Assembly: GCA_040901675.1 (NCBI GenBank)
Contig: JBBDYJ010000031.1
Location: 249,220 to 313,219 of the forward strand
Reading direction: 5' to 3'
Length of the DNA: 64,000 bases
From: Pirellulales bacterium
GTDB lineage: Bacteria; Planctomycetota; Planctomycetia; Pirellulales; JAICIG01
Shown here: positions 22,194 to 31,593 of the stretch, one piece after another
Numbering within the stretch: position 1 is the stretch's first letter
How the letters are laid out: every line of letters begins with the position of its first letter
Program-made: the position numbers and the translations under genes
The notes under the pieces: generated by a model
Database searches by the model: none
What the model was told of the DNA's origin: nothing
What the model saw: the letters and a program-made list of their open reading frames with translations, nothing else

Positions 22194-22574
22194 GTGTTGG
22201 CGGTCTACTGGCCGCTGCTGCTGATTGCCACGCATTGGCCGCGCGTCGACCTGCCTCTGCAATCTCGCACGTTGCACCTCGATAAGCTGGTTCACTTCTC
22301 GGCCTACCTGGTCCTCGCCGCACTCGTGGCACTCAGCCTGCCAGGCCGGCCGCTCGCCGCCACGCGCCGCGTCTGGACCACCATGCTCGCGCTCTTGGCG
22401 CTGGTGTCGGCCGCCGCCCTGCTGGACGAGTGGACCCAGCCCTGGACGGGCCGCGAGTTCGAGTGGTTCGACTGGCTGGCCGACACTGCGGGCGCCGCTT
22501 GCGGCCTGCTGCTCGCCGCAGCAAGAACAGGAAAGGGGGAAGGGGCGAGCGGGGGAAGGGGCGGACGACGATGA
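22194..22574 (+). CDS. VanZ family protein
   Basis: DK.VHF.AY, DE..Q...GR and DW.AD..G motifs. Confidence 0.85.
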   Translation: MLAVYWPLLLIATHWPRVDLPLQSRTLHLDKLVHFSAYLVLAALVALSLPGRPLAATRRVWTTMLALLALVSAAALLDEWTQPWTGREFEWFDWLADTAGAACGLLLAAARTGKGEGASGGRGGRR

Positions 22575-22693
22575 GGCGATGAGGCGAAGGGGCGATGAGG
22601 AGAACGAGGACGACGAGGCAGTGCCTTTGCTCTTTGATCTTCCCCTCAACCAAGCACCAAGATCCAAGTCCTAAGATCCAAGTCCCAAGATCT
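22545..22693. repeat. mosaic of short tandem repeats (8-mer GATGAGGC, 6-mer, 7-mer CCAAGNN) at the convergent vanZ/cbiM junction
   Basis: GATGAGGCGATGAGGCGAAGGGGCGATGAGG and CAAGCACCAAGATCCAAGTCCTAAGATCCAAGTCCCAAGATC are visible directly. Confidence 0.75.
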
Positions 22694-23645
22694 CTTCTCC
22701 TTGCCCTTGCTTGTCCTGGGGTCTCGCTTTCGCCGCTCCTCGCCCCACCAGCCAGGCCAGGCCGAACACGCTCATCACGCCGGCAATTCCGGCCAGCGAC
22801 GTCGCCAGCCACGCATTGCCCAGGCCAGGCATCCGGTAATCGGGCATGGGCACGGCCGGCGGAGCCACCTCGGCCTGCTCAAAACCCAGCCGGGCCGCCA
22901 CTGCCTCCAACCCATCGGGAGCCGCTGATGCCAACGGAGACAGGCAAAACGCCACCAGCAATGCCGCCGCGATGGCGCCGGCGACCAGCGGCCTGAGTTG
23001 CCGGACACCAAGACGCATCTCCGAGGCGTACAGCATCTCGGGGCGCACTTTCAGCAGGAACGCCACCACCGTGCCGGTGATCCAGGCCTCGCCCACGCCG
23101 ATCAGGCTATGGATGGCGGTCATGGCTGCAAAAACCAGCGACAACGGCGCGATGCCCGAGGCGGCCAGCTCCACGGAACACATCGCGGCCGACATCACCA
23201 CCGAGCTCCAGGCGGCCCCGACTGCCCCGGCCACCCGCCCGGCCGGCCCCGCAATCAACTGCCTTACCAACGTGTTGACGAGATGCGCCGACAGGCAGCC
23301 GGCGATGGCCATGTTCAATATGTTGGCCCCCAGGGCCGTCAGCCCGCCGTCGTAAAACAACAAGCACTGCGCGATCACGACCACCGTCATGGCCAGCATG
23401 GCGGCCCACGGCCCCAGCACCACGGTGGCCAGGGCCGCACCCATCAGGTGTCCGGATGTACCCGGCAGCACGGGAAAATTGACCATTTGTGCCGCGAACA
23501 CGCCGGCGCTCATCACGCCCATCAAGGGCACCAGGCGCTCGCCGTCGCTTTGACGGACGCGGCGCAACGCGACCGCCACGCCCGCGGATGCAGCCAGTCC
23601 CGTGCCGATCGCGGTGGCGGGGCTCAACACATCGGCGATATGCAT
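22671..23645 (-). CDS. cbiM: Co/Ni ECF transporter S component CbiM/NikM fused to a PDGLE domain
   Basis: N-terminal MHIAD, FAAQMVNFP...GTSGH, DGGLTALGAN, H.LIG.GE, and a C-terminal PDGLE...P.PDY. Confidence 0.9.
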   Translation of the reverse strand: MHIADVLSPATAIGTGLAASAGVAVALRRVRQSDGERLVPLMGVMSAGVFAAQMVNFPVLPGTSGHLMGAALATVVLGPWAAMLAMTVVVIAQCLLFYDGGLTALGANILNMAIAGCLSAHLVNTLVRQLIAGPAGRVAGAVGAAWSSVVMSAAMCSVELAASGIAPLSLVFAAMTAIHSLIGVGEAWITGTVVAFLLKVRPEMLYASEMRLGVRQLRPLVAGAIAAALLVAFCLSPLASAAPDGLEAVAARLGFEQAEVAPPAVPMPDYRMPGLGNAWLATSLAGIAGVMSVFGLAWLVGRGAAKARPQDKQGQGEEILGLGS

Positions 23646-23738
23646 CCGGCTCTGCTCCGCGGATTACTGGCTTAAGCGGCAGTGGTGAACCCGTACTGTT
23701 ACCACCCAGGGCCGTTTTTGGCAACCGCGTGGCCCCGC

Positions 23739-23893
23739 CGTAGCCGGATTCGCCAGAATTCGGGGCGTGGCCCGCCATTCGTCGTAGCCGGAGAGCGCCA
23801 GAATTCGGGCCGTGGCCCGCCATTCGTCGTAGCCGGATTCGCCAGAATTCGGGCCGTGGCCCGCTGCACCAGAACTTTGGCAAGTTCTGCTAC
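23739..23893. repeat. BIME-like cluster: three direct 44-45 bp GTAG-REP units plus one inverted REP
   Basis: CGTAGCCGGATTCGCCAGAATTCGGG.CGTGGCCCGC at 23739, 23783 and 23828, then inverted CCAGAACTTTGGCAAGTTCTGCTAC. Confidence 0.85.
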
Positions 23894-23905
23894 CAAAAAT
23901 CCGCT

Positions 23906-24139
23906 TCACACCCGGTCTCGGGCCCCTTGCACTCCTGCATGGCTGGCGCAGTGGGCGCAACAGAACATCGCGCCGTCTGCCTCGACCCCGTGGCCGACGA
24001 TCTTGCAGCCGCAATGATCGCACTGGGGGGCCAAGGAGTGAATAGCGCATTCGAAGCTGTCGAACACGTGCGACTCGCCGTCCTTGAGCACTTCGAAGGC
24101 CTTGTCGTAGTCGTTACCGCATGTTTCGCAGCGTGCCAT
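23906..24139 (-). CDS. small Cys/His-rich metal-binding (metallothionein-like) protein
   Basis: CETC, FDSFECAIH, CDHC.C and FCCAHC in 77 aa. AAGGAG RBS. Confidence 0.85.
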   Translation of the reverse strand: MARCETCGNDYDKAFEVLKDGESHVFDSFECAIHSLAPQCDHCGCKIVGHGVEADGAMFCCAHCASHAGVQGARDRV

Positions 24140-24318
24140 GACTCGCGTCTCCTTTCATTTCTGACCGAATCGACTTGGAAAACCACCCGCGGACCTCCGC
24201 TTTCTGGACCAAACCAGCGCGCGGCAACCCGCTAACACCGCCGCAAATTGCGTGCCCGCCGAGCGATACCGGCCTCAAAGGAGTGCTGCCGCGTTCCCAG
24301 CCAGCCCGTTTACCGCAT

Positions 24319-25479
24319 TCAGGCTGACAGCCGCTGCTCCAGCGACGAGTTGGGCTCGAACACCTGGTAGTAGCGGCCCAAAGGGTTTGGCTTCAGAACC
24401 CGAACAGTCCCCTGGAGATCGACCAACTCCAGTCGGCCGTCGCGAACGCGGGGCCGCTGATCGGCAAGCCGGTCGATCACCACGCCCAGGGGCGCCTGCA
24501 ATGCCGCATCGAACTCGACCAGCATCTCTCGGTGCAGCGCGAATACGCTGGAGCCCAGTTCCAGCCGTCCCGGTCCAGCGGGACAGGCCGGTGGTGCAAA
24601 GTGCTGGCACTCCTGCTCAATCAGTGGCTCGCATAAGCGTTCGTCCCGGCCGGTGGCATAGTCGTGCCGCACATTGTCGGTCCGCTGCCCCGTGATGTGG
24701 TCGATGGTCGCCAGCACGAATTCCCCTTCGTCGAACTCGACGAGTCGGCTCTGCCGGCAGCCGTCGCGCGACGCGTCGCCTATCACCCCCGTGTGTACGA
24801 AGGTGCAGCCGCCGACACGGCTGGTCGAATCGCCGTAGCAGTGGCCGAGATGATTGTGGGCCGAGAACCACAGCTTGATCTGCGGGTTCTCCCGCACCAG
24901 GCCGATGAACCGTTCGGGTCGATCGGTGTGATTGATCCAGGCGTTGGGGCACTTGAGGTGCAGACTCTGCAAGACCCGCAGGCCGGAGCCGAGCACCGGC
25001 GCATGTGAGAACACGAACGTGGGCCGCGAGCGGTTCTGGGCCAGCGTGGCCCGCAGCCAGCCGACCTGGACGTCGTCCAGATACACCTCGTGGCGGCAGC
25101 CCGGGTTGGAGCGGAACCGGGTAGTCGAGAGGCAAATGCCCACGGCCGCCCCCAGATCGACTGAGTAGTAAGGCTGCGCTCGCTCGAACGCCTGGCACCA
25201 GGCGGCCACCGCCTGGGCGTCGGTCGCATAATCGCAGCCTTCCAGGTCGTGGTTGCCGATCAGCGTGTGGAACGGCAAGTCGAAGTTGTCGAGGAAGTCG
25301 AGTCCTTCCATGAACGACCGCCAGGTGCCGCAATGGCTGTAGCCGCCCTCGTCTCCCAACTGGAGTATGGCATCCGGGGAGTGCTGGAGAATCTGCTGCC
25401 GGGCCCGGCAATAGAGGTCGTGCTGTTCGGGTTCGTAGTGCAGGTCGCCGATGACGGCGATCGCGGATTTTCTGGTCAT
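24319..25479 (-). CDS. calcineurin-like metallophosphoesterase
   Basis: GDLH, LGD, GNHD, FSH.P and SAHNH motifs. Confidence 0.9.
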   Translation of the reverse strand: MTRKSAIAVIGDLHYEPEQHDLYCRARQQILQHSPDAILQLGDEGGYSHCGTWRSFMEGLDFLDNFDLPFHTLIGNHDLEGCDYATDAQAVAAWCQAFERAQPYYSVDLGAAVGICLSTTRFRSNPGCRHEVYLDDVQVGWLRATLAQNRSRPTFVFSHAPVLGSGLRVLQSLHLKCPNAWINHTDRPERFIGLVRENPQIKLWFSAHNHLGHCYGDSTSRVGGCTFVHTGVIGDASRDGCRQSRLVEFDEGEFVLATIDHITGQRTDNVRHDYATGRDERLCEPLIEQECQHFAPPACPAGPGRLELGSSVFALHREMLVEFDAALQAPLGVVIDRLADQRPRVRDGRLELVDLQGTVRVLKPNPLGRYYQVFEPNSSLEQRLSA

Positions 25480-25778
25480 CTTGCCCTGTTCCGATTGCTT
25501 TGACGAACGGCGAATCGCCGCCTGCCATGTAAAACTTTAGCTTTGGGATTTCGCAGGCGGCGGTGCCCGCCGGAATAGGGCATTTTAGCGACACAGAGCG
25601 AGCGGCGGGAGCCGGAAGCAGGCTTGCGCGTTTCAGATTCGATCTTTCTGCCTCTAGCCGTCTCTCCTCATCGCCCCACCGACCGGGTGGCTGACGGCAA
25701 AGCGGACTTCGGACTTCGGCGAGCTCAGTCGAGTCGCGAACTCAGTCGAGTCGTCGCGCGCCCCAGTTCCTACTTCGG

Positions 25779-25847
25779 TCATGACGATCCCCCTCGCAGA
25801 AAGCCGCGGCCCACTAGCTATTCGATCGATTCCACTAACTATTCGAT
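25779..25847 (-). repeat. 69-bp element, copy 1 (21-bp-period direct repeat + RBS + ATG)
   Basis: Differs from 34318-34386 at 3 of 69 positions by manual alignment. Confidence 0.9.
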
Positions 25848-25879
25848 TCCTCCGACGCCGGTCGACCACCCGTCACTTA

Positions 25880-26170
25880 TCACGTGTTTCCGCGCGCCAC
25901 TCCGGCAGCCGGATTGGCGGAAGGGTCTTTTCCAACTCGGGACGATAGTGTTCCAGTCCGTGGCAGCATCAGCCGCGTGCCGAGCTGGTTGGCCGCCTCG
26001 TCGGCCGTGAAGCCAGGATTATCGGTCGCGATCTCGAACAGCACGCCGCCGGGCTCGCGGAAATAGATCGAGCGAAAATACTTGCGGTCCATCGCCGGCG
26101 AGACGTTGTAGCCCAGCGCGACGAGCTCCCTTCGCCAGGCCGGCTGCTCGTCATCCGGCGTGCGGAACGC
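25880..26170 (-). pseudogene. 3' fragment of a ring-cleaving dioxygenase/glyoxalase, paralog of 34416-35378
   Basis: [43 protein letters not shown]. No 5' half, and the tail is frameshifted. Confidence 0.88.
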
Positions 26171-26185
26171 TGGCCGCGGATGACG

Positions 26186-26353
26186 GGCGGCCGGACCGTG
26201 AGCCACACGTCGCGGATGCGATGTTCGCGGCCGGGAAGGGCCGCCTCGCCGATGCGCACGAGCAACGCCGCGCCGGCACTTCGCCCCACGATGCGGATGG
26301 GACCCGAAAAAGCTTCCGCGCCGCCGGTGAGCGTGGCTTGACCGCCTTGGCTG
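26186..26353 (-). pseudogene. 3' fragment duplicated from the PPC-domain gene (36529-36697)
   Basis: Manual alignment gives 6 substitutions and one 1-nt deletion over about 168 nt. Confidence 0.9.
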
Positions 26354-27160
26354 CGAGAAATGCCCCTGGATGGGGTTGGCATCGCAGATCTGGACGCGTT
26401 GGCTGGCTTGACGGGCGCTTTCGTGGTGGCCCTGGGCCTGAGTCTGCTCGGTCGCCACAAGGCTGGCCCACACGGCATTGACCGTCAACGGCTTGTCGTT
26501 TTCGATCACCACAATACCCTCGATCGTCTCGCCCTGGCGGAACACGTCACCGGCTAGCGCCAGCTCGACGCGCACGTCCGGCGCCAGCAGCTTGTCCCAG
26601 AATCCGCCGCCCCCATCGCCGGGATAGCGCACTCGCACGCTCCGCGAGGGCGGATCGGCGGCCGGCAAGGGCGCCACGTCGAACGAGTGCTTGGCTTTCA
26701 CGTCGAAGGCCAGCGGGACGTGGCACCGGACCGACAACTCGTAAAATATCCGCAAGTTCGTGCCGGCGTGGGTGGCCGGAGCGCCGTCTGGCACGGTCAC
26801 GTCCACCTCGAAGGAGTGCTCTCTTGGCTCCAGGACGACGTGCCGCCCGCCGCCCACGAGAGTCGCCAGGGCGTCCCCCGGGCCGCGAAAGCACCCCAGC
26901 GGCTCATGCCCGGCCAGCAGCTTCTGGTCATCTACAATCTTGACGTGCTCCACGGGCGTATGGGTATGGGTGGTGGTGTGCCCCTTGCTGTCGGTGCTGG
27001 TAGTGGTATAGGTGGCCTTGGTTTCCTCCGCGCCCCAGAAGCGCGCATGGATGCCACGGACCTTCAGCCGCTTTTCCAGCGTCAGTACGATCGGCACCGT
27101 GACCGTTTCGCCGCGGACCAGTTCGCCCCTTGGTGCATGGATCGCGAGTTGATTCGGCAT
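26354..27160 (-). pseudogene. 3'-truncated arrestin-like/SpoOM-like beta-sandwich protein
   Basis: Two Ig-like repeats (RGETV.V...L.LEK.LKVRGI..RFWG.E.T and GETIEG.V...ND..L.V..V..SL...E.T). The frame then runs into the duplicated fragments. Confidence 0.6.
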
Positions 27161-27666
27161 GACGGCACTTTCCCGGACCGTTAAGCAACAAGCTTGCCGG
27201 CGGCCCCATTGTCGGCGCAGCGCCGGCGGCCTGCAACTCCGGCCGAGCCATCCCTTTTTTTGATATGCTATGTGCAAGCCTTCCCAATCCACCAAGAACC
27301 ACCGAGATCCGCGATGAAACGAGCATTGCTGGCGCGCGTGTGGGCTTTGGTCGTCCTTCTTGGTGCAGGCGGCCTTCACCGACGTGCGGACTTACGGCAA
27401 GGCCTTGGCCGGCGAGGCAATCTTGGATCTCGCCTCGGAAGCGGCCCCGATAAACGTCCCAGCCCGACTCGACCAGTAGGTTAACAGGCTGATGATTGCT
27501 GCGAACCATGCCGTCTCGTTGCGATTTTTCGAGGTCCGCATTGCTGAGTGGCGAAGGACTGCCGAGGGATAAGAAAGCGGGGGCTGACACTTTCTCAGTC
27601 ACAGGGCTATTGCGCACTCTGGCAATCCGAAAAAAGTTTCTCCGTTTTGGCACGAGATTTACCTTC

Positions 27667-27696
27667 TTGACCCATTCCCCCAGCGAGATTTAGTCT
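27667..27696 (+). promoter_or_regulatory. candidate sigma70 promoter of the island operon
   Basis: TTGACC-N18-TAGTCT about 43 nt upstream of the ATG at 27740, with an AT-rich tract further upstream. Confidence 0.4.
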
Positions 27697-27739
27697 TCGT
27701 CGGCAGAGAGTCAGCGTCATCTCAAGCAAGGCGTACGTC

Positions 27740-30700
27740 ATGGAACGCAAGTATCTGGCGGCCAGCCATCCTATTGGCCGGCGTCTTTCGCTGGAGTGGC
27801 TTGAGGGCAAGCATCTGCTCGGCGAAGGCGGGCTGATCGGCACCGGTCTGTTTGGTGCAGCTTGGCTCGGCTGGGAAGCCGAACTGGAAGCAGCCGGGGT
27901 CTCCGCCGAAGTTTTCGAGTACGCATGGGGCAAAGTCGAAACCGCCGCTCTTGAAGACCCGTCCCTGGATTGGCTGGATGAAGTGCTGCCCTATTGGATC
28001 AGCCCGCCCGTCGAGGCGGGGGCGGTGGAGGAACCGACCGTTTCGTTTGATGACCGGCTCGTCCAGCAGATGCACGCGCTTGATCTGGATTCGCTCGCCG
28101 CAGGCCTGGAACCGGAGTATGTGGCAGACCGATTCAAGGCGCTTCTCGCTCAGGCCGTTGACCTGGCGATAGCTACCGGCGGTTCGCTGGCCGGCGTGCA
28201 GCCGGAAGGGAACGCTGTGCGAGAGGGAGGCAGCGAGACTCCGAAAACAACAACGGAGACGGACTCGGACATGCCGACGGTCGTGCAGCCAGTAGAAAAC
28301 GCTGAGCAAGATCCCGGCAACGAGACTCTGACAACGGAGACGGACTCGGAAATCCTGGTGATGAGTTGCCCACCAATGTGTCCACAGCCGAACATCCCGC
28401 CAACGGCTAATGACGATAGCTACACTGTCAAGCACGACCGGACACTTGTCATGGGGCCATCCGGCGTGCTCGGCAACGATTTTGATTACGATGGCCCGCA
28501 GCCTATCACCGCCAGCCTTGTGCAAGGGCCGCAAAACGGCACGCTGAATCCGTCCCTGGCCGCTGACGGCTCATTCACCTACATCCCTAATTTCCAGTTC
28601 GTGGGCGTTGATACTTTCACGTACCGGGCCTTCGATGGGGCGGACTACAGTGCCACTGCCACCGTCTCGATTGACGTAACGAACCTCGCGCCGGTTGCTA
28701 GCGACGACACCTACGGTATCGGCCATGGCATGGATCTTGTTGTTGAGGCACCCGGGGTAAAAGCAAATGACTTCGACTATGACCCTGACCCATTTGAAGC
28801 AATCCTGGTTAGCGGGCCCTCTCATGCCGACTTCTTTGCCTTCAATTACAACGGCAACAACGGCTCGTTCAAGTATCGGTCGGTTGTAACCTTTTGGGGC
28901 GAGGATACGTTCACCTATAAGCTCACGGACGGCATCTCGGAGAGCAATGTGGCAACGGTGACGATCACCGTCCGGGAGAACGCTCCGCCTATCGCGTATC
29001 CTGATGAGTACACTGTTACCTACTGTGCGACTGGCCTTGTGACCGAAGCGCCGGGCGTGTTAGGCAACGACATCGACTACGATATGGACCCGCTAACTGC
29101 CCATCTCGTGAGCAATGCCAGCGCCGGCACGGTGAGTCTCAACGCCGATGGTTCATTTACCTATACTCCCACGGGCCCATATGTCCAGGACGATAGCTTT
29201 ACATACAAGGCAAAGGATCTGACGGAGTTCAGCAACACGACCACTGTGGAACTCGAGATAATTAGGCCAACGGTGGACATTGATACGGACAGCGACAACG
29301 ATGGTCTGGTCGAGCGGAATTTCGGGGAGGAAGTCGTCGAAATGATCGCCCCAGGCAACGTTCTTCGATATAACAACGACGACGACAATGGGAACTTTGC
29401 GGAAGATCGGCTCGACGCGCCATTTCTTGACCCCGCGGGGAACCTAATGCTCGATGACGAGCTTGAGGAAGTGTATGTGTCAATTGACGGAATGGCCGTT
29501 GATCTTACCGGTTATAAGCTTGATCTTGTGATCGCTGGTTCAAATGTAAAGCTATGGAAGGGCAAGACGAAGCAGCCTTTGCAAATGAGCTACACCATCG
29601 GCATCGACGAATTGCCGCCGGTGATTTACGTGGAAGGCGTCAACCATGGGAGCGATGTTGTGCATTGGATTCTGACGAACTCCGCGGGTTGCGAGGTCCA
29701 CCGGGACAGCGTCATGTTCACTGTGATTGAGCTTGACCTGATCGCACACCGGCCACAAACCGAGGGGCCGGGATATGGCAACCCATTTCCAAAGACTGTC
29801 ATCCCGGAAGGGCAGGAAGCAGAGATCGGGATTCGTAGGAATGGCGATGACGACGACGGGGGCGGCGTGGCAGATAAACTTGAAACTGGCGTGGGCGGTG
29901 AAAACGATCTGATCGAAATCGAGCTTGTAGCGATCCCAGCCGCCCCCGCCGGCATCGAGTATCGGTTGAGTCGCAGTAATGCCAACCTCAATGTCTGGAT
30001 CAGCCCGAGCAAGTATGGCAACCCGGTTCTCAAGATTGAGGACTCCAAGCAACCGATCTCTCCCGGCACGTACTGGGTCGAGTGGGTTGATGGAGCGCCC
30101 TTTGGGACCGCGAGTTTGAGCTTTGATGCGGTCGCGAACGGAGCTCTCGCGGGTGTTGGGGACTGGGCGACGTTCGTACCGTTCACTAGCGTCGTCATCG
30201 CGTTCGGCGGTAACACGAACATCCCCCTTGATCCAAGCGACGGGGTGTATGTGATGTCGCAGAAGCTTTACGACGAAGGGTACGATGTTCACGCCTATAG
30301 CGAAGAGGATGTGGACGCGGCTGCGCAACTTCCGCTCAACGAGGTCCGCTCCGCCGTTGACGAACGAGGTGTAACGCACGTGGCGATTTTCGGCTATAGC
30401 CAAGGAGGTGGTGCAACGTACGTGCTGTCGGAGCAGCTTGCCGCCAATCCGCCGGCGGGGACGTACGGTATTGCGTTTACTGCGTACATTGACGCGATTG
30501 AGCATGATTGGTCGACTGCCGAACAGCGATTCCCTATCGGCTCTACTTACCACGTGAATTACTACCAGCGCATCGATCTGTTGTTAACAGGAAACGCTGT
30601 TGGCCCGCCGGCAATTGACGTTAACGTCAGCAACACGATTTGGGGGGCGAACCTGGACCATGATAGCTTCAACAACAGCATCGACAGTAATGTAACTGTC

Positions 30701-30787
30701 CAAAACAGAATCCTGAATGGTTTCGCCGGCCCCGTCGATCAGAACAATCCGGCGCATAGTGGACTTAAGAACAGGACGCCCAAATGA
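27740..30787 (+). CDS. large secreted multidomain protein: planctomycete extracellular motif, three Ig/cadherin-like repeats, Asp-rich Ca-binding-like motifs, C-terminal alpha/beta hydrolase
   Basis: RRLSLEWLE.K.LL; three P.A.DD.Y...GVL.ND.D.D...GSF.Y....G.DTFTY repeats; DTDSDNDG, NNDDDNGN and NGDDDDGGG; IFGYSQGGG...YIDAI...NYYQ...DH. Confidence 0.85.
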   Translation: MERKYLAASHPIGRRLSLEWLEGKHLLGEGGLIGTGLFGAAWLGWEAELEAAGVSAEVFEYAWGKVETAALEDPSLDWLDEVLPYWISPPVEAGAVEEPTVSFDDRLVQQMHALDLDSLAAGLEPEYVADRFKALLAQAVDLAIATGGSLAGVQPEGNAVREGGSETPKTTTETDSDMPTVVQPVENAEQDPGNETLTTETDSEILVMSCPPMCPQPNIPPTANDDSYTVKHDRTLVMGPSGVLGNDFDYDGPQPITASLVQGPQNGTLNPSLAADGSFTYIPNFQFVGVDTFTYRAFDGADYSATATVSIDVTNLAPVASDDTYGIGHGMDLVVEAPGVKANDFDYDPDPFEAILVSGPSHADFFAFNYNGNNGSFKYRSVVTFWGEDTFTYKLTDGISESNVATVTITVRENAPPIAYPDEYTVTYCATGLVTEAPGVLGNDIDYDMDPLTAHLVSNASAGTVSLNADGSFTYTPTGPYVQDDSFTYKAKDLTEFSNTTTVELEIIRPTVDIDTDSDNDGLVERNFGEEVVEMIAPGNVLRYNNDDDNGNFAEDRLDAPFLDPAGNLMLDDELEEVYVSIDGMAVDLTGYKLDLVIAGSNVKLWKGKTKQPLQMSYTIGIDELPPVIYVEGVNHGSDVVHWILTNSAGCEVHRDSVMFTVIELDLIAHRPQTEGPGYGNPFPKTVIPEGQEAEIGIRRNGDDDDGGGVADKLETGVGGENDLIEIELVAIPAAPAGIEYRLSRSNANLNVWISPSKYGNPVLKIEDSKQPISPGTYWVEWVDGAPFGTASLSFDAVANGALAGVGDWATFVPFTSVVIAFGGNTNIPLDPSDGVYVMSQKLYDEGYDVHAYSEEDVDAAAQLPLNEVRSAVDERGVTHVAIFGYSQGGGATYVLSEQLAANPPAGTYGIAFTAYIDAIEHDWSTAEQRFPIGSTYHVNYYQRIDLLLTGNAVGPPAIDVNVSNTIWGANLDHDSFNNSIDSNVTVQNRILNGFAGPVDQNNPAHSGLKNRTPK

Positions 30788-31593
30788 AGGCAGCGATCGT
30801 AGTGCTCGCATTGATGCCGGTTGGGAAGGGCATGCCCGACCCTCAACTGCAACAGAGAATCAACGAGGCTATCGATGTTCTTAGTCGTGAGGGAAGGTTC
30901 CCAGCAAGAGATGCGGCGAAGCCGCTGATTGTGCTTGAGGCAGCAGCCCGCGATACGGAATCCCACGTCGCTCGAGAGCTATTGCACGCCTATGCCATCG
31001 CGTCAAAGCAGGCGGATGGGGACGGGCGCACCCTCAAGGTTCTTAAGCTCCTCGAGGTCCTGGAAATACCGCGCAGTGCAGTGGCCGAGGCTGTGATACC
31101 GTACCTGGATGCTGATGACAAGGCAATGCAAGGGGCGGTTGAGGAATTCATGGACTTCGTGGAGGGCCGCTGTGACGAGCCGGATTACAGTTACTATCTC
31201 AATCTTATGCAGGCTGCTAGGGATCGACCTCTACGGTCCCTTATACGGTACATGATCGTCCAGACTCCAGGCCGCGCTTTGGTCATGCTGGTAAGGCAGC
31301 AGCGCGTTGTCTCTCCGGAGAGGCGTGCGCGTTGGGACGATCTGCTTTTGTCGGAACATGTCATCAGCAGCGCCATTTGGAAGCTGAAGGGTGGATTCGA
31401 GGCTACCGACGATGTGCGGACGGCACGCGAGGAATTGGCAAAGCTGGTCGAGCAAGAGGAATGGTGGATCAGGCTCTATGTCGTGGAGGTTCTCCGCTAC
31501 CAGAAGGAGTTGCGCGCCCATGGCATGATTGAGCGTCTCAAGACGGACCCGGATGAGGTAGTGCGTCAGGCCGCCGAAGCAATTGGCAAATGA
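30784..31593 (+). CDS. alpha-helical (HEAT-like) hypothetical protein, candidate immunity or partner protein
   Basis: ATGA overlap with the upstream gene, short hydrophobic N-terminus, and C-terminal WWIRLYVVE.L...L.TDPDEVVRQAA. Confidence 0.7.
   Translation: MKAAIVVLALMPVGKGMPDPQLQQRINEAIDVLSREGRFPARDAAKPLIVLEAAARDTESHVARELLHAYAIASKQADGDGRTLKVLKLLEVLEIPRSAVAEAVIPYLDADDKAMQGAVEEFMDFVEGRCDEPDYSYYLNLMQAARDRPLRSLIRYMIVQTPGRALVMLVRQQRVVSPERRARWDDLLLSEHVISSAIWKLKGGFEATDDVRTAREELAKLVEQEEWWIRLYVVEVLRYQKELRAHGMIERLKTDPDEVVRQAAEAIGK

Noticed and set aside
23646..23738. Cobalamin or NiCo riboswitch, or NikR box, upstream of cbiM
   Set aside because: Only about 90 nt are free of REPs, and no B12-box or convincing palindrome was seen.
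23739..23893. CRISPR array
   Set aside because: The sequences between the palindromes are identical rather than unique, there are only three units plus an inverted one, and no cas genes are present. REP/BIME fits better.
27313..27484. Small [23 protein letters not shown] with a signal-peptide-like start
   Set aside because: Only 56 aa with no RBS or recognisable mature domain. It could be a gene remnant but is not supportable.
27648..27662. Sigma-54 promoter TGGCAC-N5-TTAC
   Set aside because: The -12 GC dinucleotide is absent, and a sigma70-like promoter lies just downstream.
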